Source of the DNA: Chrysemys picta bellii
Taxonomy: Eukaryota
Reading direction: 5' to 3'
NCBI RefSeq assembly: GCF_011386835.1
Contig: NC_088801.1
Location: 55,986,001-56,050,000 of the forward strand
DNA length: 64,000 nucleotides
Part shown: positions 12,757-23,046 of the stretch, in pieces
How the letters are laid out: each line of letters opens with the position of its first letter
Numbering within the stretch: position 1 is the stretch's first letter
The notes under the pieces: model-generated
Seen by the model: only the letters and a program-made list of their open reading frames with translations
The model's database searches: none
What the model was told of the DNA's origin: nothing
Program-made: the position numbers and the translations under genes

Positions 12757-13865
12757 TGGATCAATCAGGCCAAGACCAAACCTGACAATGTTCAGAGTAC
12801 AAAGCAAAAAACACATATAATGGGTGAATAGGAGGGAATTAAAATAACTGCTAAAAGTAGCAGAGATGAAGTACAGGATCTTTTACAGACAAATTAATGT
12901 GTCTCAATATATATGGGGCTTAGATTCTACTCTTTTTAGGGATTTTTAATGTGACCATCACCTAGATATCAGAGTATATTTACATAAAGTAGACAGCGAG
13001 ACTGCATTTCCTGCTCTTTTCCCTTATAATGATGGGCATGTTAGAAATGTCTGACATAGATGGAAAAATATTTTACAGCTTGTTTTATGATTGTTTCTAA
13101 TTGTTGATTCTTGAGATATGTTGCTGAGAGTTAGGTTGGGTTTTTATTTTTTGGTAGATCTTGATATCTTCTGGTAATGAACAGAGGGAGTGTTGCTGAT
13201 TTCAAAATTTTTCTATGGAGTTGAGTAAGCATTCTACAACAACCGTGATAGAGACACTCCCAGGACACCAAGAGAAATACGGAGAGAAGAGAAAATACTT
13301 GGTGGTCAAGAGGAATACTTGTGAATAAAGAAAAGGTTGGTACCAGAAGAGAAGGAACAGCAGAAAGAAGCTCCTGCTCTGTAAATAACTAAATAAATCA
13401 AGTCTGACGCTCTGAAGGCTTAAAATACTCACCCTTTATTTTTTCTTCCGGTCTTCTATGTATTTTATGTTTCATTGGAGTATTTTTACTGTGTTGAAAT
13501 GTTGTTTCTTTGCACAGATTTCTTGAAACTTTGTTTTATTTATTTAAAAAAGAAAAGAAAATGATGTTGCTGGATTTCGTTTTTTGAATATCCCAGGAAA
13601 CTTTTCTTGGGAGCTGGAAATTAAAAATCAAAGATGTTTACCAACTTCTTTTTTAGATTGATGCAGAAAATAGGATTCTAACCAAGGACATATTGGGATT
13701 TTAACTGAATTTAGTGCTCATGAAAGATGGCCATTGACATCCTTGAAGATGTATTCACAAAAAAAGTACATAGGGATGTTTTTGCCTTCATTACCGGCTG
13801 TCGCTGGGCCTATGCCTTAGTCTTCAGGATCAGTTTTGGGGTGAGAGTGACGTTTAGTCACTGCG

Positions 13866-15334
13866 AGCCAGATCCACAAAACGATTTAGATGCTTAAGGC
13901 CAACGTTTAAGCACCACTGAGATCCTCAAAATCCCTGCTCACCTGCTGCCTCACCAAGTCCCTAGGTGCTTAAATTTCCCTTGGTAAAGTCCCCTGGTTT
14001 TTGCCAGTGAGCACATGCACAGCCACCTCAGTCTAGGTGTCTGGGCACCTGAGCCCTGGGCAGCGTCCTCAAACTAAGTGTTCCTCTGCTTATCTTGCCT
14101 GTAGAGCCTGATCCATAACGTGTTCCTACACAAAAGAGGAGGTGATGGTGGTGCTGCCCCCTTACAATGTTTAGCCCCGTGGTTAGAGCACTCACCCAGA
14201 ATGTAAAAGACCCAGGTTCAATTCTCCCTGAGGTGGAGAAAGGAATTGAATGTGTCTTCCTTTACTTTGTGATTTCCTTAACCACTGGCCCAAGGGGTAT
14301 TCTGGGACATGTAACTCTCTTTCTCTCCTGTTGAAACTGTTCCACTTTTATAAATAATCAAATATGCTGGACTGGAACCTCGGTGTCTCACATCCCAGGT
14401 GAGTGCCAAAGCGACTAACAGCTATAGATCATTCTCACTCTCTTTCTGTTCAACTGCATATTTAATTACTTATATACAGTGGAACAGCTTCCACAGGATA
14501 AATTGAGAGGGGCTCATATCAGATTATGCCATAGCCAGTGATTAGGGTACTCTCATGGGAGACCCAAGTTCAAATCCTTTCTCCACATCAGGCAGAGGGG
14601 GAATTGAACCTGGGTCATCTATATCCTGAGTGAATGGTCTAATCTAGGGGTAGGCAACCTATGGCACGTGTGCCGCCTTTGGCACGCGAGCTGATTTTCA
14701 GTGGCACTCACACTGCCCGGGTCCTGGCCACTGGTCTGGGGGGCTCTGCATTTTAATTTAATTTTAAATGAAGCTTCTTAAACATTTAAAAAACCTTATT
14801 TACTTTACATACAACAATAATTTAGTTATATATTATAGACTTATAGAAATAGATCTTCTAAAAACATTAAAATGTATTACTGGCACGCGAAACCTTAAAT
14901 TAGAGTGAATAAATGAAGACTCAGCACACCCGTTCTGAAAGTTGCCGACCCCTGGTCTAGTCACTGAGTTAAAAATTATTAGGGGAGGTTCTACCACCTT
15001 CTCTGTGGCATGTCTTCAAAAAACAAAACAGCGTAGATACCTACCGTAATTCCAGAAAAGAGTTTTTGGCTAAGAATCCTTAGTGGAGATAGACAGTCTA
15101 GCTTGGACTTGGATACCTAAGTGCCTTTGAGTGGTGGTACCTCTCCTCAGCATTTCCTATTGGCTAATTTAGGTTGGTTCCTACTCACTATTCTGGCTTT
15201 TGTAATCCCATTGTTAGATGTCCAGCTCTTCCCATGTATTGTATAAGGAGCCTACATGCCTGAGCAAGGCTGTGGGTTGCAAGGTACTTAAAAGTTAGGC
15301 ACTGAAATGCCCAAGCTCTTTTGTGGTTCTAGCC
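13866..15334. mobile_element. TIR-bounded element containing several tRNA-like A/B-box modules, with a nested hAT MITE
   Basis: Ends AGCCAGATCCACAAAA and TTTTGTGGTTCTAGCC are inverted. Internal modules include GTGGTTAGAGCACT...GGTTCAATTC in alternating orientation. Confidence 0.6.
14645..14954. mobile_element. hAT MITE (CAGGGGTCGGCAAC family), short form
   Basis: Ends TAGGGGTAGGCAACCT / AAGTTGCCGACCCCTG; TSD GTCTAATC / GTCTAGTC (7/8). Confidence 0.88.
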
Positions 15335-15495
15335 ATGTGACTGATTCTGTCTTTGGCCTCTCTACTAAGACTGCACCAAGTGTAATAGTTGCAGTGATGG
15401 AACTTGTGATGTAGGCAGCTTTGGACTGAAACCATCAACTAATTTCATAGATCACTAAGCAGCTATCAGGCAGCAATGATTTCCAGTCACCAAGT

Positions 15496-15566
15496 GCCAG
15501 ACTTTTAAAGGTATTTAGGTGCCTACGTGTATCTTTAGACATCTAAATACCTTTAAAAATCTGACC
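15496..15566. repeat. ~70-bp palindromic mini-element
   Basis: GCCAGACTTTTAAAGGTATTTAGGTGCC pairs with GACATCTAAATACCTTTAAAAATCTGACC. A related sequence lies at ~1513-1610. Confidence 0.6.
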
Positions 15567-16662
15567 CCAACCAACTTGGAGTTGATTAGAACCAGTGTCC
15601 TCAAGAGTTACAGACCCTTACTAGTCACGTGAGCAGTCTATTCTCCTTTTGCTTTGATATTATAGTTTGTATAATACGACCTGTGGACACTTTTTCCCTT
15701 TAATGCACGGTATGCACTTTTGGGGAAGAGTGGGGATTAATATCTTTTATATGGAGAGTATTTTGGTGATATATTGGGTAATATAAGATTGTAAGATGTT
15801 GTTAAGCTAGACAGTGATTTTTACTTACGTACAGCTTTCCATCCAAAGATCTCAAAACACTTTAAAAACATTAATTAAGACTCAGAACATCTGCATAGTA
15901 GAAAAGTATTGTCCCTATAAATGGATAAACAAAAACACAGAGTTGAGGTTAAAATTTTTAAAATGGTGTTTCTACTCTTAGGCACTTAAATCTCTAATTA
16001 GGCACAAATTCACAAATGGGCTGACCTTCAGAAATGTTGATAATCTTCAAATTCCCCTAAAGTCTGTGAGAGCTTGAGGGCCTCAACACCTTTGAAAATC
16101 AGTCCATTTTTATTTTGGTGCCTAATTAGAGATTTAAGTGAGTTGCCGAAGGTCACAAGAAGTCTGGACAGAGCTGGGAATAGAACCCAGAATTCCTAAG
16201 CCCAGTCTTGGGCATTAGGCACAAGACATTTATTAGTAAAATAGCTTGAGGGAACATGTTAATTATGTCCTATATAACTTTTTTCCCATTTGGGAAGAAG
16301 AAAGCATCCTGGAGTTGTAAAATTTGCTGCCTACCAGTTTTGTTAAAGTAACTCTGAACTTTTTGAACTAGCAGCCCATATTCAGATGAAATTTTAACAG
16401 GTTTGAATATTTGGACCCTGAGTTATACTTTCATATAGAAATTTTTGTTAAGGTTTAGCAAGCCTTTTCCTTTTGAAGAGTTTGAACTGGTTGTCAGAAT
16501 TTATTGGTGAAATCCTTTTCTTTTCTTTTTTTTTTTTAATCCTCCAATAAGGGATTTCAGATTTTTCATGTTACTTTTATCTTGGGAGATTTATAGTAAT
16601 TGACTATTTTTATTTTTAAGGAATCTTATGTTCTTGGGGAAGCCCATAACACATGACCAGAG

Positions 16663-18690
16663 ATGGCACCTAAACCACTTGGGAAGTGGGAAAAGTATGG
16701 AAAAAGATACTGTCGAGATTGGGAAAGGGAAACTGGATTAAAAGAATGGATTCGAAGTGTACCAGGAGATGACACAAAGGCAGCATGCAAATATTGCGCA
16801 TGTGAAATCAGAGCCCATCATAGTGATTTGGTTGCACACAGTAAAACCAAAAAGCACAAGAGACATGTTGCTTTATTTTCATGTTCTTCTGATATGAAAA
16901 AACATTCATTTGAATTTGAAGTTGAAAACCAAAATTCATTTGACGATGATATCACGCAAGCCAAAATGGATCAATCTGTTAATGTGTGTGCACTGAAGCT
17001 AGCGGCACACATAGCTTGCCATATGAGCATTTTTACAGTGGATCACCTAGGCTGCATTGTTGGAGGGATAGCAGAGAAGGACATTAGTCTGCATAGAACA
17101 AAATGCTCCACACTGATTAGAAATGTCATTGGTCCTACTGTACACGAAGAACTTCTGAGAGACATTGGCAATGGACACTACTCGTTGATCATTGATGAAA
17201 GTACAGATGTATCAGCACAAAGGCAACTTTGCTTGATAGTAAGATATTTTAGCAACAAGCTTAAATGTATTGTATCATCCTTTGCAGGGATCATTAACTT
17301 GACTAGAAGTGGTACTATCACAGAAGCCCTCTTGACATTTCTAAATGACAACAAGCTGAACATAAAAAAGTGTGTTGGGATTGCTGCTGATGGTTTCAAT
17401 ACAAGCTTATGTGGAAATAAAAATTCATTGCTCAAAAAGTTTTATGAACTCAATCCTTGTGGAGTTTTCATCAAATATGTAAGTTACTCTCTCTATTTGT
17501 GCTCTTCAAAAGCCATTGATGTGCTTCCATTGAACATAGAGTATATGGTTTCACGGACATACTTGTGGTTTTCCCATAGCACTTTCCACCAGAAGAGGTA
17601 CCATGAACTATATGCTGCCATCAGTGTTGGAGAGAATTTCCTGAAAATACTGCAGCTTACTGAGACAAGATGGCTGTCCATTAGCCCTTGTATTAACAGA
17701 GTACTTGATCAGTATGAAACTCTGATGTTGCACTTTCAGTCTATAAGAGACAATGAAAGGGACTACAGTGCTGAGCTTCTCTATCAAATGTATTCTGATC
17801 CAGTAAATAGACTCTATCTTGTTTTTCTGCAGCCTCTTATTCAGGAAGCTAATAGGATCAACAAGTTATTTCAATTTGAAACAGTTAATCCAGTTAACCT
17901 TATTGCTGAATTAATGCTGTTCTATCAGAATTTGGTGCAAAGAGTCATGAAACCTTGTGTCTTTACAACATGGTCATCCATTGTAAATTATGACATTCAC
18001 TGTAACAGGAACTACATGCCTCTTTCGGAGGTTAACTTTGGATCAGCGTTCTTGTCTGAATTAATAAATGCAAATCTTTCCTCACATACAGTAGAGACCA
18101 TCCAAAGCAGATGTCGAGATTGTATCCTTGAGTTTGCTAAGCAAATAAAGCTCCGACTGCCTCCAAATGTCCATCATCTAGAATCTCTCAGTGCTCTGAG
18201 CCCTTCAGTTGTTCTAAGTCCTACAAAACCTGAATTCTCAACCCTGTCTTTTTTGTCCTTATGTAGAGGGGATCATATCAAGTTGAAACAGCAATGGAAA
18301 AATCTGGATGCTGTCTCATGGACAAACACAGAAGATAGCCAAATAGAACAGTTCTGGATAGAAGTTGCAAAACACACAGATGAAGTTGGTGATAAGGATT
18401 TTGTTGAGCTAGGATTATTTGCCCTTGCCCTTCTCACCTTGCCCTTCAGCACTGCAGCTGTGGAGTGTACAATCTCACAAATGAACTTGATAAAAACCAA
18501 GTTAAAGAACAGACTGCAGGACAGCCTACTTGAAAATATCTTAAGGATTAGGGCCTATATGCACCGAAATAAGATTTGCTGCAACCAGTTTCAACCATCC
18601 AAAGAGATGATATCTTTGTTTAATAATGAGTTTTATGCAATTGCTAATAGCAAGGACACTACAGATGACTCTGAGGAGGATATCTTTTGA
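16663..18690 (+). CDS. hAT-superfamily transposase-derived protein, 675 aa (C2H2/BED-like finger, RNase H-like DDE core, C-terminal hATC dimerisation region); probably domesticated
   Basis: Single stop-free ORF. Motifs: C42-x2-C45...H59-x5-H65 finger, IID178ESTD, AD243G, TR336W337, PFSTAAVE601, KNRL. Polypyrimidine-AG acceptor ends at 16620. Kozak context GAGATGG; an in-frame TGA at 16654-16656 fixes the start. Confidence 0.9.
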   Translation: MAPKPLGKWEKYGKRYCRDWERETGLKEWIRSVPGDDTKAACKYCACEIRAHHSDLVAHSKTKKHKRHVALFSCSSDMKKHSFEFEVENQNSFDDDITQAKMDQSVNVCALKLAAHIACHMSIFTVDHLGCIVGGIAEKDISLHRTKCSTLIRNVIGPTVHEELLRDIGNGHYSLIIDESTDVSAQRQLCLIVRYFSNKLKCIVSSFAGIINLTRSGTITEALLTFLNDNKLNIKKCVGIAADGFNTSLCGNKNSLLKKFYELNPCGVFIKYVSYSLYLCSSKAIDVLPLNIEYMVSRTYLWFSHSTFHQKRYHELYAAISVGENFLKILQLTETRWLSISPCINRVLDQYETLMLHFQSIRDNERDYSAELLYQMYSDPVNRLYLVFLQPLIQEANRINKLFQFETVNPVNLIAELMLFYQNLVQRVMKPCVFTTWSSIVNYDIHCNRNYMPLSEVNFGSAFLSELINANLSSHTVETIQSRCRDCILEFAKQIKLRLPPNVHHLESLSALSPSVVLSPTKPEFSTLSFLSLCRGDHIKLKQQWKNLDAVSWTNTEDSQIEQFWIEVAKHTDEVGDKDFVELGLFALALLTLPFSTAAVECTISQMNLIKTKLKNRLQDSLLENILRIRAYMHRNKICCNQFQPSKEMISLFNNEFYAIANSKDTTDDSEEDIF

Positions 18691-18932
18691 AAAGACTCAA
18701 GTGAAGAGGATCTCTTTTAAAAAAGTAAGCAAGGATTTTCAAAATGGCTCATTGCAATTGAACTATTTGACTCATGCATTTCAAATTTTGTTCTATCTAC
18801 AAATCTGTTTTCCCATTCCTTTAGTAAGAACTACTTTTCATAGAGGAAGATACATTGCATAAAGCCACACAACCCTTTTTAGAAAAGGATTTTTGAAAAA
18901 CTAAAGTAAAATTAATGAGGCATGCTCTGGTA

Positions 18933-19595
18933 CAGGGGTCGGCAACCTACGGCACGTGTGCCAAACACCGCATGCCGATTTTGAGTGGCACGCTGCTGCC
19001 TGCCACGGTCCCAGCCCCACTCAGCCCCCCCGTCCACCGCTCTCCCCTGTGGGGGCGGAGGCAGAAGCTTGGTTCTCCGGCAGCCAAGCTTCCCTCTTCT
19101 CCCAGTGTGGTGTTTTCCTGCCCCTCCTCCTCCCTCTCCCTGCCGCCGATCAGCTGATGGCCCTTGCGAGGGGGAGGAGTGGCAGCGTGCTCCCTGCTCC
19201 GTCGAGGAAGTAGAGAAGAGGTAGGGTCGGGACCTTGGGGAAGGGGACAGGGCCTATCCCTTCCAGCCCCCTGCCATGAGCTGTTCAGGGCAGGGGGCTG
19301 GGAGCACCCCAGCCCTCTGCCCTGACCCCCCCCCTTCTGCCCTGCACCCCCCCCACACTCCCGAGCTGAGCAGGCTGGCAGCATAAGATCAGCATTTTAA
19401 TTTAATTTTAAATGAAGCTTCTTAAACATTTTGAAACCCTCTTTACTTTACATACAACAATAGTTTAGTTATATAATATAGACTTAGAGAGACCTTCTAA
19501 AAAACGTTAAAATGTATTACCGGCACGTGAAACCTTAAATTAAAGTGAATAAACGAAGACTTGGCTCACCACTTCTGAAAGGCTGCCTACCCCTG
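18933..19595. mobile_element. hAT MITE (CAGGGGTCGGCAAC family), long GC-rich form
   Basis: Ends CAGGGGTCGGCAACCT / AGGCTGCCTACCCCTG; TSD CTCTGGTA / CTCTAATA (6/8). Shares both end regions with 14645-14954. Confidence 0.88.
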
Positions 19596-19877
19596 CTCTA
19601 ATAGTAATTCATTTGGTGGGGGGCACACTTGACTGAAGATGCTGATTAGACAGTGCACCAAAAACCTCCTCCCCATTAGCCTATTAATGTAATACAGTCA
19701 TGGCATATTTTTATATTGAGTGATACACAACTTAACAGTACATTTTTATGCCTCAGTACAATACTCTGGCAGGAGCCATGGCTGGGTGAAGATTAAATAA
19801 AACCTGCTTTTTTATATATAAGTTTTGGAGGGCACTACTCTTGAATAATTTGTACTTACAACTCTGTTAAGAGATAT

Positions 19878-21073
19878 TTCTGAGGGCATTTTGTGCCAAA
19901 AAAAATCTACACCAAAAAAATTCTGTGCACAATATTTTAAAATTTAAAAACTCTACACATTTTATTTGTCAGATAAATGTGGAGGCTCCGCATGCATAGG
20001 CCACTGGCTGCACAGAGGTGGGAGATTATTGTGCAGCTACCCCTGGGGATACGGACTCAGTGGTGAGGCTGCACCCAACCCTGACACAGCGCTAGGACTG
20101 GGCCTGCCCCGGACACACCCCAGGGATCTTCCCCTCCATGCCAGGTGCACCAGGTATGGGAGGCAGGAGCCAAGTGTGGCGGGGCTTAGTGTGGAGGAAT
20201 CCAGGGGTGTGTTGAAAAGATTCTGTGTGGGGTAACCTGGGTGCAGGCGACTCAGTGGGGGATCCAAGTGTAGGGGGGAACTGGATGCACAGGGGCTTGT
20301 TGGGGAGTTTTGGGTGCAACGGTAATGGGACTCTGCAGGGGGGGGTAGGTAAAGGTGGTTGGGGCTCAGCAGAGGGGGTCGGTGTGGGGAGGATAGAGCT
20401 CTGTAGAGGGGTTTGGGTGTGTGGGGCTCAGTGGTGGTCAGATGCTGGGGGAGTGGGGTTCAGTTGGATGGGGATCCAGGTGCAGCTGGTTGGGGTTTCG
20501 GTGGGGTGGGGATCTGGGTGTGGGTGGTGCAGGGGGAGTGGGGCTCATTGTGGGGGTTCTGAGTGCAGGGGGTGAGGCTTAGGAGGAGGGTCTGGGTATA
20601 GGGGTTCTAGATCCATGGGGGTTGGGCGGATGGGGGAGTAGTTCCCTGTACAGGGAGCCTTCTCCCTGCAGCTGAGGAGCGATGGGCGCAGGAAGCGGGG
20701 TGGGGCACAGTTTGCAGAGGTCCCTGCAACTGGGGGAGAAATCTGGGGGTGGGTCTGACCTGGCCCCAGATGCCATGCAGGGAAAGAGGAAGTCCTGTCC
20801 AGCCCAGCCCAGCCCAGACTAGCAGCTGAGCCTGGTGCAGGGTTGGAGCCACCAGCCGGGTCTTCCCCAGTCCTGTTCCCTGCCTCACAGTGATTTACCT
20901 CTCTGCCAGCTGCCCTGGATACCTGAAACATATTGCTGGGGAGGGTCACATGACTGCTCTTGTGGCTTCCCTTTGCTTTTCTATCAGAAAGTCAGTTTTC
21001 TGTGGGGAAGCAAAGAAATCTGCTGGGGATGTAAATTCTGCACATGCACAGTGGCACAGAATTCCCTCAGGAG
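19878..21073. mobile_element. Non-autonomous DNA transposon with G-rich interior
   Basis: Inverted ends TTCTGAGGGCATTTTGTGCC / GGCACAGAATTCCCTCAGGA. Confidence 0.65.
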
Positions 21074-22199
21074 TAAAGAGAAGTCTGAAATTCAAAGTGG
21101 CATATTGTACATAAAAAGGCTAAAGATTATTAAAATAATTGTAAGATAGTTGTAATTTCTTAATGGTATTGTCTTGTGCTCTCTTTTGGAACAGGTATTT
21201 TTATTAGATGAATTATGTACAAGTATGAATTAATAACTTAAAATAGTCTGGAATTATAACAGTGTAGGATAACACCATAAATATTTTAACTGTTGTAATA
21301 CCTATTTTGAACCCACTTTTATTAATTTTTAATGTACATTCTAAATTTTTGTAATAAACTGATATAACGTATAATACAAACTTGTAATTCTGCTGTTATA
21401 AACTAAAGTCCTGACTGTGAGAGATGCTAAATGTCCTTAATTCTCAAGGGCATTCAAAATATGGCACTAGTGAACGCTAGCAGTGTAGTTAGTGATGTGT
21501 ATGAAGACAGCTGGTCACCTCAAAGGAAAATAAATCCATAGGAACTCTTCTAATTTGGTTTTTATTGGCAGAGAATATTTTATAGTTCCCTAACTATGGC
21601 AGCTTGTGGAACTGGATCTTCTGAATACTATTCCTTACAGTTCCTAGTATATTAACCACTCCTAAACAGAGCCCAGATACCCGGAAACTAGGCCTACATG
21701 CAGCTTCTGCTTAGGTATGTAACTTCTCCAAGGTTACAATGCTGACTCTCTAACCCTGAAAGCCCCAGAGTTTAGAGGCAGTGACCTTCCTTTGTACTTC
21801 TTGAGTAAAATGCACAAGGTAAACTTATTCCTGGTTATGCACAAAGTAGTATTACTTGGAGTTCAATACACCATCAGTTCTTCTTAGGAATAACAAATAT
21901 AAAAACATTATCACAGGCTGGGTCTGTGGGGAGGGAGCAGGGGTCAGGCAGCAAGGGAGCAGAGTCTGTGAGAACAGGAGCACTGGACACCACAGGGCTG
22001 GGTCTGGATTGTGTGAGGGGGGGGGGGGGTGGAGACTAGGGGCAGGGCCCGTGGAGGGCGCATAGTGTAGTTTGTGAGGCAGGGGGGTATTGTCACCCCA
22101 AAATGCAAGCCTCACAGAATTTGCCCCCCCCCCATTACATAGCCCCATTGACTAGATTGGAGCTGCTCCAAAAATATAGAAGTTAAACTATGCCTGGGT

Positions 22200-22630
22200 G
22201 GGGAGGGGGAGCTGGAGATAAGGGGCACGACCTGAGAGGTGGGGAAGCTGGTGACAAGGGAGACGCATTGGAGGGAGCTATAGGGCAGTGAGGGGTGGGT
22301 GGAGCACGAGACAAGGGGAGGGGGCTATAGGGCAGGATCTGAGGCGGGGTAGGGGGAGCTGGGGACGAGGGAAAGGGGCTCTAGGGAGGATCTGAAGGGT
22401 GGGGGCTACAGGGCAGGATCTGAGGGGTGGGGCCGGGAGCTGGAGACCAAGGGCAAGCCGGGGTGTGGGCTGAGGCGCGGGGAAACGAGACCAGGCCCGG
22501 CAGAGTCTGAGGGGAGGCTTGGAGACGAGGCAGGGTCTAGGCGGTGGGGGGAGCTGGAAGGCGGGAACGGAACGGAAGGCTGGTGGGGGGAATTGCCCCG
22601 CGCGCTGATGCGCGGGAGCTGGAGGTACAC
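22200..22630. repeat. Degenerate G-rich tandem array upstream of COQ10B
   Basis: Recurrent GGGGAGCTGG(A/G)GAC and AGGGCAGGATCTGAGG units. Confidence 0.6.
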
Positions 22631-22679
22631 GCCGCAATACCGTGTCTTGCTCCTCGCGACCCCAGGCTGTGTAACTTTA

Positions 22680-23046
22680 AGGGCTACTGAGTGTCACGCC
22701 ATTCGGCCAATCAACGGGCTGATTCCAGCACTCATCCCGCCCCTGTTGCGCCCATCCTTATGTAACCCCGACAAAGCGAGCCCTAAGCCTTGTGACTGCG
22801 CGCGGTCCCGTAGCTCTGTCTCGCGCTCGCGCACCAGAGTCATGGGGTGGGTGTGGGAGAGGGTGTGTCGAGGGTAGGACACCGCGGATCACATAGCAGT
22901 GACGTGTGGGACTTTGGACACGGTGATTGGCGGCGTCTGGGCGGCTGCTGCGCGGTGATTGGCTTGCTAGAGATGGGGGCGGGTCTGGCGCTGGCAGCCG
23001 TTAGGTTGACTGACTGGGATGGGGAGGTGAGGCAGCGGGGCCGAAC
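22680..23046 (+). promoter_or_regulatory. COQ10B CpG-island promoter and 5' UTR
   Basis: CCAAT at ~22708, two GTGATTGG boxes (~22923, ~22955), GTGACGTG at ~22899, high CpG density. Confidence 0.75.

Noticed and set aside
14170-14640. tRNA genes
   Set aside because: Only degenerate A/B-box resemblance; no complete cloverleaf, acceptor stem or clear anticodon arm could be built.
16621-16662. Possible N-terminal fusion (e.g. KRAB or SCAN exon) spliced onto the transposase
   Set aside because: An in-frame TGA at 16654-16656 lies between the acceptor and the ATG, and no such domain exon was seen upstream.
14645-19595. Two same-family hAT MITEs flanking the transposase ORF, suggesting a composite transposon
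   Set aside because: Each MITE has its own matching TSD pair (GTCTAATC/GTCTAGTC and CTCTGGTA/CTCTAATA), and the outermost flanks do not match each other. They are independent insertions.
18915-21149. Cluster of short ORFs downstream of the transposase
   Set aside because: Most lie inside GC-rich interiors of non-autonomous transposons and give Gly/Pro-rich translations.
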